This document shows positions 28,320 through 38,889 of a DNA stretch of 64,000 nucleotides, piece by piece. The position numbers were made by a program, and so were the translations under genes. The notes under the pieces are model-generated. The model saw only the letters and a list, made by a program, of their open reading frames with translations, was not told the origin of the DNA and ran no database searches. Every line of letters starts with the position of its first letter. The stretch's first letter is position 1. The stretch is from a virus. Location of the stretch: positions 4,860 through 68,859 of the IMG/VR virus record IMGVR_UViG_3300031565_000015; one strand, given 5' to 3'.

Positions 28320-30743
28320 TTAAGCTCCCGTTTTAAGTTGTTTAAGTTCTTTTTCGAGTTGTTTAATTCGTTCATTTGCGTCCTCTGCCCATATTGCGGT
28401 TCCCATAGCAATTTTACAGGCTGATTTTGCATATTTAGTCACATCAGTCGGATTTGTTGTGGCGCCTTTAAATGGCTTATTAGGTTTCTTTGCATCTTCT
28501 AACGCCCACTTCAAATAATCCTCGGAGACAAGCTCCGCCTTGTCCTTATAAATAGAATGTTTTTTGATGTCGGGAGAAAAAGTATACCAATCGTCATCTG
28601 CATATGCGGCACCGGCACCGGTAAAGCCGAAACAGTAATTAAACTCTCCCCCATTCATTCCATACCATTGCACAGCACTGTCTTGAGTGGGACTTGTTAT
28701 ATCCAAAATACCGTATTCTTCCCGCCAGTATTCTGTTTTAGCTGGCACACTATCATTCCCATAGTATTTTTTCACAGCTATAAAGTCTGAATCGGCAGGA
28801 CTCGCAGAATTATGATAATATTCCTGGACAATACCCGTAGTGCCAGCATCGGTGGACTCAAGATTAAATAGTGATGTCCCTGTACTCTTAACTCTTAATT
28901 TATAAGTGCTGGAGGTGTCGCCTATTATTACGTTGCCCCTATCTAATGTTAAAACATTTGAATAAGACGTTCCTGCGTTTACTTGGTCAAATGTCCACCT
29001 TACGACCCCAGCAGTTATCGTGGTCTTTAAGTCTAAATTATAAGCGGTCGCACCGGGATACTGCCAACGCTGATATACAGTTTGGTCAGCAGTAGACGTG
29101 GATGTAACCCCCAATCTCCCATTAACAGTCAAAACCCCACTCGCCAAACCCAACAGATCGGGATCAGCAGTTATGCCTATATTTCCTCCATTTACCAAGA
29201 GATCACCGTCCATGTGGACGTCACACCCTACAAAAGCAGCATACCCAGCCGTATAAAACTCAAGGCGTTCGGCTGACACTATTCCCACATAATTACCGTC
29301 TGTGAGCCTATAATCCCCTGTCGAGTAAATAGACCCATTTACACCAAGGAGATTTGTCGAGCATTGCAGAAGATCGGGATCAGAGGTATTACCGATATAC
29401 CCGGAATCAGGAATACCGATGTTTCCAGTAAATGTACTCAAACCTGTTTTGTCAATTGTTAATCGAACAGTACCCGCCGTAACTATTGTCGCATAGCTAT
29501 TGTCTATTGCAGCGCCATAGGCGTTGAATGAAGCCTCTCCTAAACCAGAATCATAATCAGCCGACAAACTTGCGCGTAAAGTATTTAGTGTCAATGCGGC
29601 GTCGATACTCCCGCTGTCCATATAAAGTCCGATTGTGGAATCTGCCCTCAATGTGATGGTCTGAAAAGGCCATAAAGACCCTGTGGATGTACTCTGTTTC
29701 CATCCAATATTAAATGTACTCGTTCCCGTATCCTCTGGCCAAATTCCAAACACCCCGCCCGAAGTGTTTGTCCCGAATGATATGTCTTTCGTTCCATCCC
29801 ATTTTAAGATACCCGTGTTCGTATCATCCCCGATCAGGGTTATATTCCCACCTGCCAGTACATTAATGCCTGCCACGCCCGCGCTGCTTAAAGTAATGAT
29901 ATCTGTTATGTTATTTCGTAAACTTAAAGATCCGCCAGTCATGTAAATATTATTTTGACCCGCCCCTACCTGTCCAATGGTTGTGGTGGCCCCGTATGTG
30001 GCGTACAGCGTTCCACCATCATAAATCTGCATACCACTTGAAGATAATTTTATGTGCTCATTTGCTTGATCTCCAAGGTAAGCAACACCCGAAGCAAGTT
30101 CGAAATTCTTTACGCTATTGGCATACCCTTCCATTCCGGTTGCGGTAATAAGGAATTGGTTTGTTGTCCCTGCGGCTTTTCTTAGTAAATATAGATAACC
30201 ACCATCAAGCACCCCCAATTGAGCCCGTCCATATGTTGCGCCATTAGGAAGACTGTCCAAGGTATGACCGGTTAAAGCCGCAACCGTGGCGGATTGATTT
30301 GCGCTTGTCTGGTCTGCATTTGCACCGACATCTGAGATATCTGCCGACGTGATTTGATTTGTTAGGGTTATAGAGCCCTTCATCGTTATCGTGCCGTCTG
30401 TGCCATTAATAATGATATAGTGAGCCGCTAAAGTAGAATCCCCGGCAGCAAGCCCATATTTGTCAGCAACTATTCCATAGCCACCGTTAAGATTTCCGAC
30501 CAAAACCATATCGGTACTCGATTCAACAACTTTTATGACAGGGACGGAAGGGTCTATCTTTATATGATCTGCCGTGCTTCCAACTCTTAATAACCCCGGG
30601 AGCGTGTTTAGCACCTGAGTCGAGTCGTCGTCCTGGGAGTCAGGTCCGGCCACAACCATATCCCATGTGCCGATAGGGGTGTCTTCACCTACTGTTTTTG
30701 CCACCGGAGTTATGTCTGCCCAGTCTTGTAATGAAAAGCCCAT
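28320..30743 (-). CDS. Tail fibre / receptor-binding protein
   Basis: G/T/S-rich beta repeats; C-terminal coiled coil; position after tail tip gene. Confidence 0.75.
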   Translation of the reverse strand: MGFSLQDWADITPVAKTVGEDTPIGTWDMVVAGPDSQDDDSTQVLNTLPGLLRVGSTADHIKIDPSVPVIKVVESSTDMVLVGNLNGGYGIVADKYGLAAGDSTLAAHYIIINGTDGTITMKGSITLTNQITSADISDVGANADQTSANQSATVAALTGHTLDSLPNGATYGRAQLGVLDGGYLYLLRKAAGTTNQFLITATGMEGYANSVKNFELASGVAYLGDQANEHIKLSSSGMQIYDGGTLYATYGATTTIGQVGAGQNNIYMTGGSLSLRNNITDIITLSSAGVAGINVLAGGNITLIGDDTNTGILKWDGTKDISFGTNTSGGVFGIWPEDTGTSTFNIGWKQSTSTGSLWPFQTITLRADSTIGLYMDSGSIDAALTLNTLRASLSADYDSGLGEASFNAYGAAIDNSYATIVTAGTVRLTIDKTGLSTFTGNIGIPDSGYIGNTSDPDLLQCSTNLLGVNGSIYSTGDYRLTDGNYVGIVSAERLEFYTAGYAAFVGCDVHMDGDLLVNGGNIGITADPDLLGLASGVLTVNGRLGVTSTSTADQTVYQRWQYPGATAYNLDLKTTITAGVVRWTFDQVNAGTSYSNVLTLDRGNVIIGDTSSTYKLRVKSTGTSLFNLESTDAGTTGIVQEYYHNSASPADSDFIAVKKYYGNDSVPAKTEYWREEYGILDITSPTQDSAVQWYGMNGGEFNYCFGFTGAGAAYADDDWYTFSPDIKKHSIYKDKAELVSEDYLKWALEDAKKPNKPFKGATTNPTDVTKYAKSACKIAMGTAIWAEDANERIKQLEKELKQLKTGA

Positions 30744-30752
30744 AATGCCCTC

Positions 30753-32663
30753 TTATTTATCGTATGTTTTGGCTGTAAACGACATGCTGATATCTTCTTT
30801 TATCTGCATTGATTTAATCAGTGCGTCAAAGACTCCTCCGTATTCGTCACCACTTATAGTTACCACATCGTTGGGCTCCATGGCAAGTAGAGTGGCTTTC
30901 GAATTGAAACTTATCTGAGATTTAGCAAGCAGTTTTCTCTTCAGGGCGAGAACTCCGATCCGTTGAGCGTCCTGTGAGTCTCGAACCAAATGTGTGGTGA
31001 TTGTTTCATCTGAAATATTATTGCTCACATCTATGACATATGTATCTCCTGTATCCCAATCGTCACTTGAGAGGGTCCCCGTAACTGTTGTCGCTGTGTT
31101 TGCGGTGATTGGTGCTGTTGCTCCGGTAGCTGTGTTAGTGGCCGTCCCCCCAACCAGACTGTCAACCGGCCAGTCCTGCCCGGCATCTGTCAGTGAGGAG
31201 GCGTTATCAGCCCCAGTGTGCGCTCCGGATGAAAACTTGGATGATACTCTCACTTTCTGCCACATATTCTGTATCTCGTCGGCAGGTTGCCACTCAATGA
31301 ATCCACTGTCTGTATCTATCCGTTCCAGAAGATTAGCACGGAAACTGTCAGGCCCTATCTCCTGCGGTTTGGTGATGTCAGCATTCGTAATAGTCTTTAC
31401 AGATGTTTTCGAATAAGGGAACAGGCATATTTTTTCACGAACTGTGATATATGAATTGCATTGGAGCAGCAGCGCCGACAGCACAGTTTTTCTGGGAATT
31501 TTAACGTCGAACACACCGTCCCATACTAAACTCTGACCGGCATTGATGACCTCTGTGGCTCCAAAAGAAACGTCATCTATGTCTGCGGACTGGAACCCCA
31601 TATCTATCAGAATCCAACGGATTAAAGACGCAGGGCCGCCAATCACGAATAGATCCCCTGTATCCCAGTCATTGTCAGCCCCGCCAGATAAAGTCCCCTC
31701 CACAGTTGTTCCGGCGTTGTCCGTTATTTTAGCATAACTCCCATCTGTTAGATTAACGACGTAAGAGCCAATGAGGGCGTCCACCACCCATGTGGCCCCG
31801 GCATGTGTCAAACCTGCTGCCCCGTCCGCCCCGGTGTGCGCCCCTGTCTCGCTTCCATTTATCTGCGCGGTGTCGGTGCGAGTGAATAGTGTCGGGATAG
31901 GATAGAAAGCGTCGCCGTTCCGAAATAAACCGTGCGCCCCTCCTGCGGCGATTAAAGCCAGGAACACTCTGTAGCTTACCCCGTCCAATCCGGTAGCGTC
32001 GCTCTGCGTAAATGTAAACCCCGGTGATGACCAGTCATGCTTGTATCCCATATCTCTGGGGGACCTAACCTTACTGATTGAATACGTTTTGGATGCAGGC
32101 CCCAGGAGGTAATACCGAACACCGCCGCTCAATATGCTCTGGAGGGGTACAAAAGGGTTTCCAATTGGGACAGGAACACACCGTTGTGTGTCCGCAGTAT
32201 CGTTGGATAAGAAAGCGTCCTTTACTAAATTTGTATTAGGGTAGTCCCCCTGAAGGTACTGCTGGACGAAATCTTCGCACTCAAAGAGTAGTTTCTGAGA
32301 CTCAGAGTTGCATCTTTTTACATTGAAACTCCAAGTTCCCATGATCAAATCATTTACCACAAGTTCTACTTTTACAGAGGCGTCTATGAAGTCAGAAGCG
32401 TCCAGAATACTCCCGGCATTACTGGCCTGAAAACTGAGCGTATTGGGAGCTTGCACCCCGTACTCTGACTCGGAAGCCGAGAGGGATATACCACTGAAAG
32501 TTCCTGCGATAACCTTTGCAGAATAGTCTACCGCATCGTAGGTTATTTCGACCAGTGACCACCTGTGTGTTACGGCCCCCCGTGTGATAATAGTTAATAG
32601 CCAAGCGAACGTTTTAGAAGTTGCCGCCGCCGCCGCAATCTGTGGTGCCGAGTAACTAAGCAT
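30753..32663 (-). CDS. Tail tip / hub protein with two copies of an inserted ~65-aa domain
   Basis: Position after tape measure and distal tail gene; repeated GAHTGAD...DWDTGD. Confidence 0.7.
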   Translation of the reverse strand: MLSYSAPQIAAAAATSKTFAWLLTIITRGAVTHRWSLVEITYDAVDYSAKVIAGTFSGISLSASESEYGVQAPNTLSFQASNAGSILDASDFIDASVKVELVVNDLIMGTWSFNVKRCNSESQKLLFECEDFVQQYLQGDYPNTNLVKDAFLSNDTADTQRCVPVPIGNPFVPLQSILSGGVRYYLLGPASKTYSISKVRSPRDMGYKHDWSSPGFTFTQSDATGLDGVSYRVFLALIAAGGAHGLFRNGDAFYPIPTLFTRTDTAQINGSETGAHTGADGAAGLTHAGATWVVDALIGSYVVNLTDGSYAKITDNAGTTVEGTLSGGADNDWDTGDLFVIGGPASLIRWILIDMGFQSADIDDVSFGATEVINAGQSLVWDGVFDVKIPRKTVLSALLLQCNSYITVREKICLFPYSKTSVKTITNADITKPQEIGPDSFRANLLERIDTDSGFIEWQPADEIQNMWQKVRVSSKFSSGAHTGADNASSLTDAGQDWPVDSLVGGTATNTATGATAPITANTATTVTGTLSSDDWDTGDTYVIDVSNNISDETITTHLVRDSQDAQRIGVLALKRKLLAKSQISFNSKATLLAMEPNDVVTISGDEYGGVFDALIKSMQIKEDISMSFTAKTYDK

Positions 32664-33069
32664 CTGCTATCCTCCCTATAACTTTTAGCCTTACGCTGCT
32701 TACAGCCTGATAGAAATGGTAGTCGCTCCGGCTCAGAGCATCTCTGAACTTAATCACATATGTGTGAGTGTCGGTCGGGTGTGCCCATTTAAACGACTTT
32801 GAAATACCGTAGGCTTTGGCAGTGTCAAAATAAAAGTCCATAATTGTGCCGATATCAGAACTCGTTTTAACAGAAAAAACGAGCGTTGCATAGAATATCT
32901 TTTTGGAGCTATACGTTACAACTTCCTCCGACCCATCTCCCGCCATGTGGATCACTTGGTTGAACTGCCCGTCTTCTATTATTACCTGCTGAGGGCTGAC
33001 AGAAAAAGTCGTGGTGGCGTAATCAGGTGTTACTGTGTCTAAATAATCATACATCTCTTTTGCAGCCAT
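32656..33069 (-). CDS. Distal tail-like protein
   Basis: Immediately after the tape measure gene; G.E....F.W.HP pattern. Confidence 0.6.
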   Translation of the reverse strand: MAAKEMYDYLDTVTPDYATTTFSVSPQQVIIEDGQFNQVIHMAGDGSEEVVTYSSKKIFYATLVFSVKTSSDIGTIMDFYFDTAKAYGISKSFKWAHPTDTHTYVIKFRDALSRSDYHFYQAVSSVRLKVIGRIADA

Positions 33070-36000
33070 TATGCCACACTCCTTACCGCTTGGATCAGGT
33101 CAGTATCCCCGCCTTTCAGTCCTTTTTTAACTACGGTGTTTATCACCTGACCATCAACATTCAGATTTATTGTTAGATTTACTTCTTTCCCAGATCCCGA
33201 TCCCACATATTTCGCAACTGCTTTACCGATTGCGTCCGGATCGGCACCTACTGATTTTAGAAAACTTTCATTTTTATCACTTCCGTATACGGGCACAATC
33301 CATTCTTGACCAGCTTCACCCGCTATCGATGGGCCCGTAGTTAGCCCCCCTCCAGCGTACTTTGGCATACCGTCACTAACCACTATTCCTCCAACAGATT
33401 GGCCTAATGAATTCACTTTCAGCCAACGGTCCATGGTGTGACCAAACATGTCCGCAATTGTTTTACCTTGCCAAATCCACGAATAAGTTACCGCGGCTTC
33501 TTTTTCATACGCTTCTATAGTTTTCCCGGCAGTGGCCCCCCCGAGGTCCGATCCTGCAAAAGTCAAACCCAACCCCTCTGAGAAACTATTGAAAAATCCA
33601 ACAACCGTCTCTAACTGGCTCTTAACATTCCCGCTCAAAGTATTAATAGCAGTATTCGCGTCAGTAAAGGGGCTTTCTGTATTCAATAATGCAGCATAAA
33701 GGGCCATCGCCCCTGTCGTATCATCACCTTTCGCTATATCCGCAGCACCGCCCACATCTTTTAACGGGGTTTCGAGATTCCCAAGGTTCGTAACGACATC
33801 ATCAAACGCCTGCTGAAAAGGTGTTCCTGTTTTTACTTTAGCAATGATCAGATCCGCGTAACCAGGTACCAACCCGATCGCTGTCATAAAGTCATAGAGA
33901 GCGTTAGTGGCGTTCTCAATGTTTCCTCCGGCGGAAACTCCCAGATCGAGATCTTGGGTTGTTTCAGAATTTACCCAAATGCCATCCCCGCTATTTAACT
34001 GCTCCAAGAAACCAAACCCCTTAGATTCCGCATATGATTTACCAAGGTCGTCTGCGTCAGGTAATGATACCGCCCATTGCCCAGCTTCCGCTATCCACTT
34101 CCAGACGCTTTTTGTATTGGCAAATGTTTCAGCCATATCCGTGATATTTTTATTTACAGCCGTAAGGTTCCAGCCAGCAACCATATCACTCAATTGAGTG
34201 GGAGGGGCTCCCCCGGCATTATCTCCTCCAGATATGGTTGTCCCGAGGAAAGCAGAATTTACCATATTTCCTAAACTTGCAAAATTGAAGTTAACCCATG
34301 AAGACCAATCTATCTTCTTTTTCTCTACGGGGTCTAAGAACTGTACCATATCAATCCAGTTGTACTCTTCCTTGGTAATTAGATTGAGTGGATCTGTGAC
34401 GCTAGGTAATGACCATAATTGTCCTTCTGTATATGTGGTTAAAACTCCCGTATTTATAGGTACGTCAAACAGCTGTCCCTTAGAGTATATTGTAAGGACC
34501 GTATTGTTTCCAGGAACAGAGAATAATTGCCCTTCTGTGTATGTTGTTAAAACATCAGTATTTGCTGGAACATTAAATAACTGACTTTCAGCATAAGTTG
34601 TTAAAACATCCGTGTTCAAAGGGACAGAGAATAATTGCCCTTCGCTGTATTTAGTTAAAACATCCGTGTTTCCAGGAACAGAGAATAATTGCCCTTCTGT
34701 GTATGTTGTTAAAACATCAGATGGTAATGGCACGTCTATAATTTCATTTTTTAAATAGGTTGTAATAAAATTTTCAGTGTTTGTATCATTTGGCAATTGG
34801 TACATCGCGTCTTTGGTGTATATTGTCTTGACAAGTGGGTTTGTGGGATCAAGTGGCAAGGGGAAAGACACCATGTCATCCCATTCATAGGAAATTTTAG
34901 TACCCCCGACGGTAGTTACCCATTCAGTACCATACACACCCTTGAGCATTTCTAAGCCTCCGAGGACGTTATCAAATATTGTGGAGTACCCTTCTGAATC
35001 CGCATAGTAAGACTTCATAAACGGCAAGAAATTCTGCTCAATAAAAGAAACCAAATCCCCAACGTTCTCCGGAGATTCAACAGCCGCAGCCATTTTCTCC
35101 CCATAAACCTTATCAAAAAACTCCTTACTTCCAACGGTTGCTAAAGACCCCCCTTGTAAAGATATTATGGCATCATCTATTGTATTTATACTCCCCAATA
35201 AAGTATCCGCCAGCGCCTTCTGCTCACTCAATTGCTGCTCGGTCAGAGCGTCGATTTCCATCAGGATATCAACCATGTTTTCAAGGGCCGCCAGACCATT
35301 TTCATAGAATCCCTCCTCCGTCGGGTCTAAGCCGTTGGCGTATTGGGATACAGTATTGAATTGGTTTGTCCATTCTGCCACACCCCATTCGGATCGTTGC
35401 TTTCCCATGAGCCATTCTATGATCCTGTCACCCTGACCTGATATCGCCTTCTTCTTTTCATCTATGATTTGTTGAATTTCTCTTTGTGCAGCCTCGGCTG
35501 ACAGTTGGTTCGCTTTAGCAGTATTCTCCGTAAGAGTCTTCAGAGATTCGTTAGCTTCTTCCTGCGCAGATATCATATCTTTATAGGCGTTAACGGCGTC
35601 CATACTTCTAAATTCTTGCCCGCCGTACTTATATATAGTAAAGTTAGCAAACCCTCCCGAGGAGGTAGACTGAGCGGTTGATGCCCCTCCGGAACTTGGC
35701 GCTGATGATGGACTGGAAGCCGCTGACAACTCGTCGTTCAGTGCTTTGATCTTCTGGAGCTTCAACCGCTCAAGGGACACCTCATCCGTTGCATATTTCT
35801 CACGTTCCGCAAAGTCTTTTTCCAGCAGATCCATCTTATAGTCGAATGTCTCTTGTGCTGTTTTTTCCAGTTCTTCCTGAATCTTCGCGTCAACGTCCTC
35901 CACCTTTTTGGCGTACTTTTCAGCGACTTCAAGCTCTTTATTTACTATTTCATCTGTCAGTCGGGCGGATTCAGCGGCGAACCACTCCTCCAGCTTTATC

Positions 36001-38078
36001 TTATCCTCTACGTGCAGGGCGTAAGTGTCGTACTTTCTCTGAAGGATGAGATTGTCGTACTCCTCAGAATCCATTGTGATCTTTTCGTAATCGGACTGGA
36101 AGTCTTCCTGTATTTTATTACGCTCATCTACTGCGTCTTTTTCCGCCTTGATCTGCTCCTGGAGAGATTTTTCAGCGGCTTTAGCCCGTTTGTCGAGTAT
36201 TTTATTGATATCCGCGTTCAACTGGTCTTCTATCTCTTTTTTATCTCGGCCAGTGGCTTGGTACGCAGCGAGATCTTCTTTGTAACTGGTGAGCTTGGCA
36301 TCATCTGTCTTAGCAATGCGTTTCATCACATCTTCTTCAATTTTATCGGCAGCAGCGCTCATAGCTTTTCTCTGTGCTTCAAGAGCCTGAGTTAACGGAC
36401 TCGTAGGAACGGGGCTGGCTGTTGGGCTCCGGTAGGACCCTATGCCTGAACTGCTTTCGTATATTAAGTTTGCTTCTGCTAACTGTTTCACCAGTTCTAT
36501 CTCTTTTTTGATCTCCTCTTGCCTTGCTTTCATGGGGGCGCCGTCCCCAACCCACATAGCTGCTCTTCCAGCTTTTTCGTAGGCAAGTTCTAATAGTCTA
36601 ACTTTCTCTTCTGAAGTAAGAATCTCCCCGTTCAACTCTTTCATTTTTAATTGAATATCACTTGTGCCGAGAGTCAGAGCTTCATTCCATGATAACGCTC
36701 CGCCAGCCGCCATACCGAACTGAGCCCCTGCGTCACCAACTATCTTCATTACAGCACCGAGACCCCCTGCAACCCATACTGATGACTTTGCGATACTTCC
36801 CATGCCTGTAGCAAAATTAGTTAAGTTTGTAGTCAAACTCGGGTCTTTCAGCATAACTGTTAGTTCTCTCATACCATCGACGATGGCCGTCATAAACCCA
36901 CCGCGCGCCATTTGATTCTTAGCATCCTCCCACGCCATAGCCAGTTCATTAATGGCTTTAACAGAATCAGCAATAGTCCCCTGGAAACTCTCTTCCATAG
37001 CCACACGGAACTTGGGTAGGAAATCTTCTGAGTAAACTTCTCCGGCACTTACGGCTTTATCGAAAGCCTCGACAGTCATACCCATGGCTCTTGCACCAAT
37101 TTGAAATGCACCAGGAAGCGAGTCGCCCATTTGCCTCCTAATTTCTTCCATGCTGACCTTACCTTTCGACATCATCTGTTCCAAGGCAAGGAAAACTAAA
37201 CTGGTCTTTTCAGACGAAAGCCCCATAACGGCAGAGGCATTGGAGATTGAACGGAAGATCGCTTGTACTTCTTTCATCGGAATTTTACTACTCTGAGCGG
37301 CGGCGAGGAATCCTTTGTAGCCGTCCCTCAACGTATAGAAGTTCAGACCGAGTGAGGCTGAAGTGTCACGTAAGAAAGCCATTTCCTTCTCGGCAGCAGC
37401 CACAGAGCCGGTGATAGCTTTGTAAGCATTGTCAGCAACGAGCGTTTCCTGCCCGGTCTTGAAGACCGCCATCCCGAGTTCTTTGATCGTGTATGCGGCT
37501 GCGATAGCTGATCCGAACCCTATAAGTTCGGCAGTCATCATCCCCATAGAGCGCGTGAAGTTAGCCGCAGTTGTGTGGGCGCCGGACATATTGCCCTGCA
37601 TCTTCTTGACGGACCCGGCCATCTTATCGGCCTGAGTGCTTGAATATCCCATCTGGATGGCGAGTGCTTTAGATTCACGGGCTGTCAGCCCCATTGCGTT
37701 GGAAAGGGTCTTTAACGAGGTTGTGGCCGTCGTTAAAGCCCTGTTACGTAACATCTTCTCTACCATGGAGGCGTACTGAGCTTCGGTGATACCGGCTTGC
37801 TTGGCCACACCTGATAAACCGGAAGCGATCTGTTGGGCTGACTGAGTGAATCCTTGGCTAGAGGACTTGGCTGACTGTGCAAGCCTTGACAAGCCCATAG
37901 ACAAATCTTCGATCCCCTTAGACGCTGTTCTGGGGGTCACTGCATTGTTCAAGGCTTTGCTGACTTCAGTTCCGGACTTCTTGGCGAACGTGCGGAGTGA
38001 AGACATATCCTTCTCAAACTGAGTGGTGTCCCCTTTTACTTGAACATATATACTGCCGATCGCCCCTACAGTTGTCAT
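33069..38078 (-). CDS. Tape measure protein
   Basis: 1669 aa; tape-measure domain ALEQMMSKGKVSMEEIRRQMGDSLPGA; C-terminal AGGG...GEAGQE. Confidence 0.92.
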   Translation of the reverse strand: MTTVGAIGSIYVQVKGDTTQFEKDMSSLRTFAKKSGTEVSKALNNAVTPRTASKGIEDLSMGLSRLAQSAKSSSQGFTQSAQQIASGLSGVAKQAGITEAQYASMVEKMLRNRALTTATTSLKTLSNAMGLTARESKALAIQMGYSSTQADKMAGSVKKMQGNMSGAHTTAANFTRSMGMMTAELIGFGSAIAAAYTIKELGMAVFKTGQETLVADNAYKAITGSVAAAEKEMAFLRDTSASLGLNFYTLRDGYKGFLAAAQSSKIPMKEVQAIFRSISNASAVMGLSSEKTSLVFLALEQMMSKGKVSMEEIRRQMGDSLPGAFQIGARAMGMTVEAFDKAVSAGEVYSEDFLPKFRVAMEESFQGTIADSVKAINELAMAWEDAKNQMARGGFMTAIVDGMRELTVMLKDPSLTTNLTNFATGMGSIAKSSVWVAGGLGAVMKIVGDAGAQFGMAAGGALSWNEALTLGTSDIQLKMKELNGEILTSEEKVRLLELAYEKAGRAAMWVGDGAPMKARQEEIKKEIELVKQLAEANLIYESSSGIGSYRSPTASPVPTSPLTQALEAQRKAMSAAADKIEEDVMKRIAKTDDAKLTSYKEDLAAYQATGRDKKEIEDQLNADINKILDKRAKAAEKSLQEQIKAEKDAVDERNKIQEDFQSDYEKITMDSEEYDNLILQRKYDTYALHVEDKIKLEEWFAAESARLTDEIVNKELEVAEKYAKKVEDVDAKIQEELEKTAQETFDYKMDLLEKDFAEREKYATDEVSLERLKLQKIKALNDELSAASSPSSAPSSGGASTAQSTSSGGFANFTIYKYGGQEFRSMDAVNAYKDMISAQEEANESLKTLTENTAKANQLSAEAAQREIQQIIDEKKKAISGQGDRIIEWLMGKQRSEWGVAEWTNQFNTVSQYANGLDPTEEGFYENGLAALENMVDILMEIDALTEQQLSEQKALADTLLGSINTIDDAIISLQGGSLATVGSKEFFDKVYGEKMAAAVESPENVGDLVSFIEQNFLPFMKSYYADSEGYSTIFDNVLGGLEMLKGVYGTEWVTTVGGTKISYEWDDMVSFPLPLDPTNPLVKTIYTKDAMYQLPNDTNTENFITTYLKNEIIDVPLPSDVLTTYTEGQLFSVPGNTDVLTKYSEGQLFSVPLNTDVLTTYAESQLFNVPANTDVLTTYTEGQLFSVPGNNTVLTIYSKGQLFDVPINTGVLTTYTEGQLWSLPSVTDPLNLITKEEYNWIDMVQFLDPVEKKKIDWSSWVNFNFASLGNMVNSAFLGTTISGGDNAGGAPPTQLSDMVAGWNLTAVNKNITDMAETFANTKSVWKWIAEAGQWAVSLPDADDLGKSYAESKGFGFLEQLNSGDGIWVNSETTQDLDLGVSAGGNIENATNALYDFMTAIGLVPGYADLIIAKVKTGTPFQQAFDDVVTNLGNLETPLKDVGGAADIAKGDDTTGAMALYAALLNTESPFTDANTAINTLSGNVKSQLETVVGFFNSFSEGLGLTFAGSDLGGATAGKTIEAYEKEAAVTYSWIWQGKTIADMFGHTMDRWLKVNSLGQSVGGIVVSDGMPKYAGGGLTTGPSIAGEAGQEWIVPVYGSDKNESFLKSVGADPDAIGKAVAKYVGSGSGKEVNLTINLNVDGQVINTVVKKGLKGGDTDLIQAVRSVA

Positions 38079-38790
38079 GGCTTACTTTCCCTCATCTTAG
38101 ATATGAAATGCCTGCCCAAGTTCACTACCTTCCGGAAACAGTCTTTCCGGAACTCAACCTCGCACAGATCCATGGCGGGGTATATCGCCAGTTCGTTCAG
38201 CGCTACCGGTCCGCTGAACCCCATTATGTATTGATCCTGAACAAGTGGGTATACGTCCAGAGCGTCTTCATTCTCTGGGAGGCAGTCTGGCAGACATATC
38301 TTGCACTGTTCAGAATCAAAGTTATCCCCTTTTAGCTTACGGCACCTTTCGCAGCTTGGCTTTTCTTTGAGCCTTTCGGCTCGCTCAATGAGTTTTTTTC
38401 GATCCGGGCCACCCTGTCCTCTTCCTGCTCCGCAAGGATTTCAAGACACTTGCCTACGAACTGTGCGAAACCCGGATTTGTTTGCATCAGGCGGGTTTTG
38501 GTTTCGGAGTCACAGATGTATGGAGTGCCGTCATCTTCTGTGAGATCCTTCCATTCAACGATGCAGTAGTCCCACAGCATCTCCGAGAACTTATCCTCAT
38601 CGGGATCAATAACATCCCACCGACCTCCGTGCTTAAATTCCACACGTTTTTTATTACATGCTTTCTGAACCTTCTTGCGCTGCTCGTTGTTCATGGCCCG
38701 GATACGGATCTCTCCGGATTCAGGATCAGTGTCATCAAATTTGAACCATACGCCAGGGTTCGGATCTCTCAGTGAAAAAACAGTTGCCAT
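38075..38790 (-). CDS. Tail assembly chaperone, -1 frameshift (gpGT-like) product
   Basis: A AAA AAC slippery site at 38392-38398; the -1 frame is open (KKLIERAERLKEKPSCERC...LPENEDALDVY...) to a TGA overlapping the tape-measure ATG. Confidence 0.8.
38332..38790 (-). CDS. Tail assembly chaperone (gpG-like)
   Basis: Between tail tube and tape measure; ends EKN at the slippery site. Confidence 0.8.
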   Translation of the reverse strand: MATVFSLRDPNPGVWFKFDDTDPESGEIRIRAMNNEQRKKVQKACNKKRVEFKHGGRWDVIDPDEDKFSEMLWDYCIVEWKDLTEDDGTPYICDSETKTRLMQTNPGFAQFVGKCLEILAEQEEDRVARIEKNSLSEPKGSKKSQAAKGAVS

Positions 38791-38822
38791 AATTTTACAT
38801 CTCCCTTATTCCCGTAATTAAT

Positions 38823-38878
38823 AAAATGGCCGGGAGGGGGCCGGGAGTACCCCCTGTTCCATCATGATGGCCCGGCCA
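38823..38878 (-). terminator. Branched GC-rich hairpin with U-tract after the tail tube gene
   Basis: Outer stem TGGCCGGG/CCCGGCCA followed by TTTTAT on the minus strand. Confidence 0.6.
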
Positions 38879-38889
38879 GTGGTAACTCA

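Noticed and set aside
28320-30743. Diversity-generating retroelement targeting the tail fibre
   Set aside because: No reverse transcriptase, and no adenine-specific template/variable repeat pair seen.
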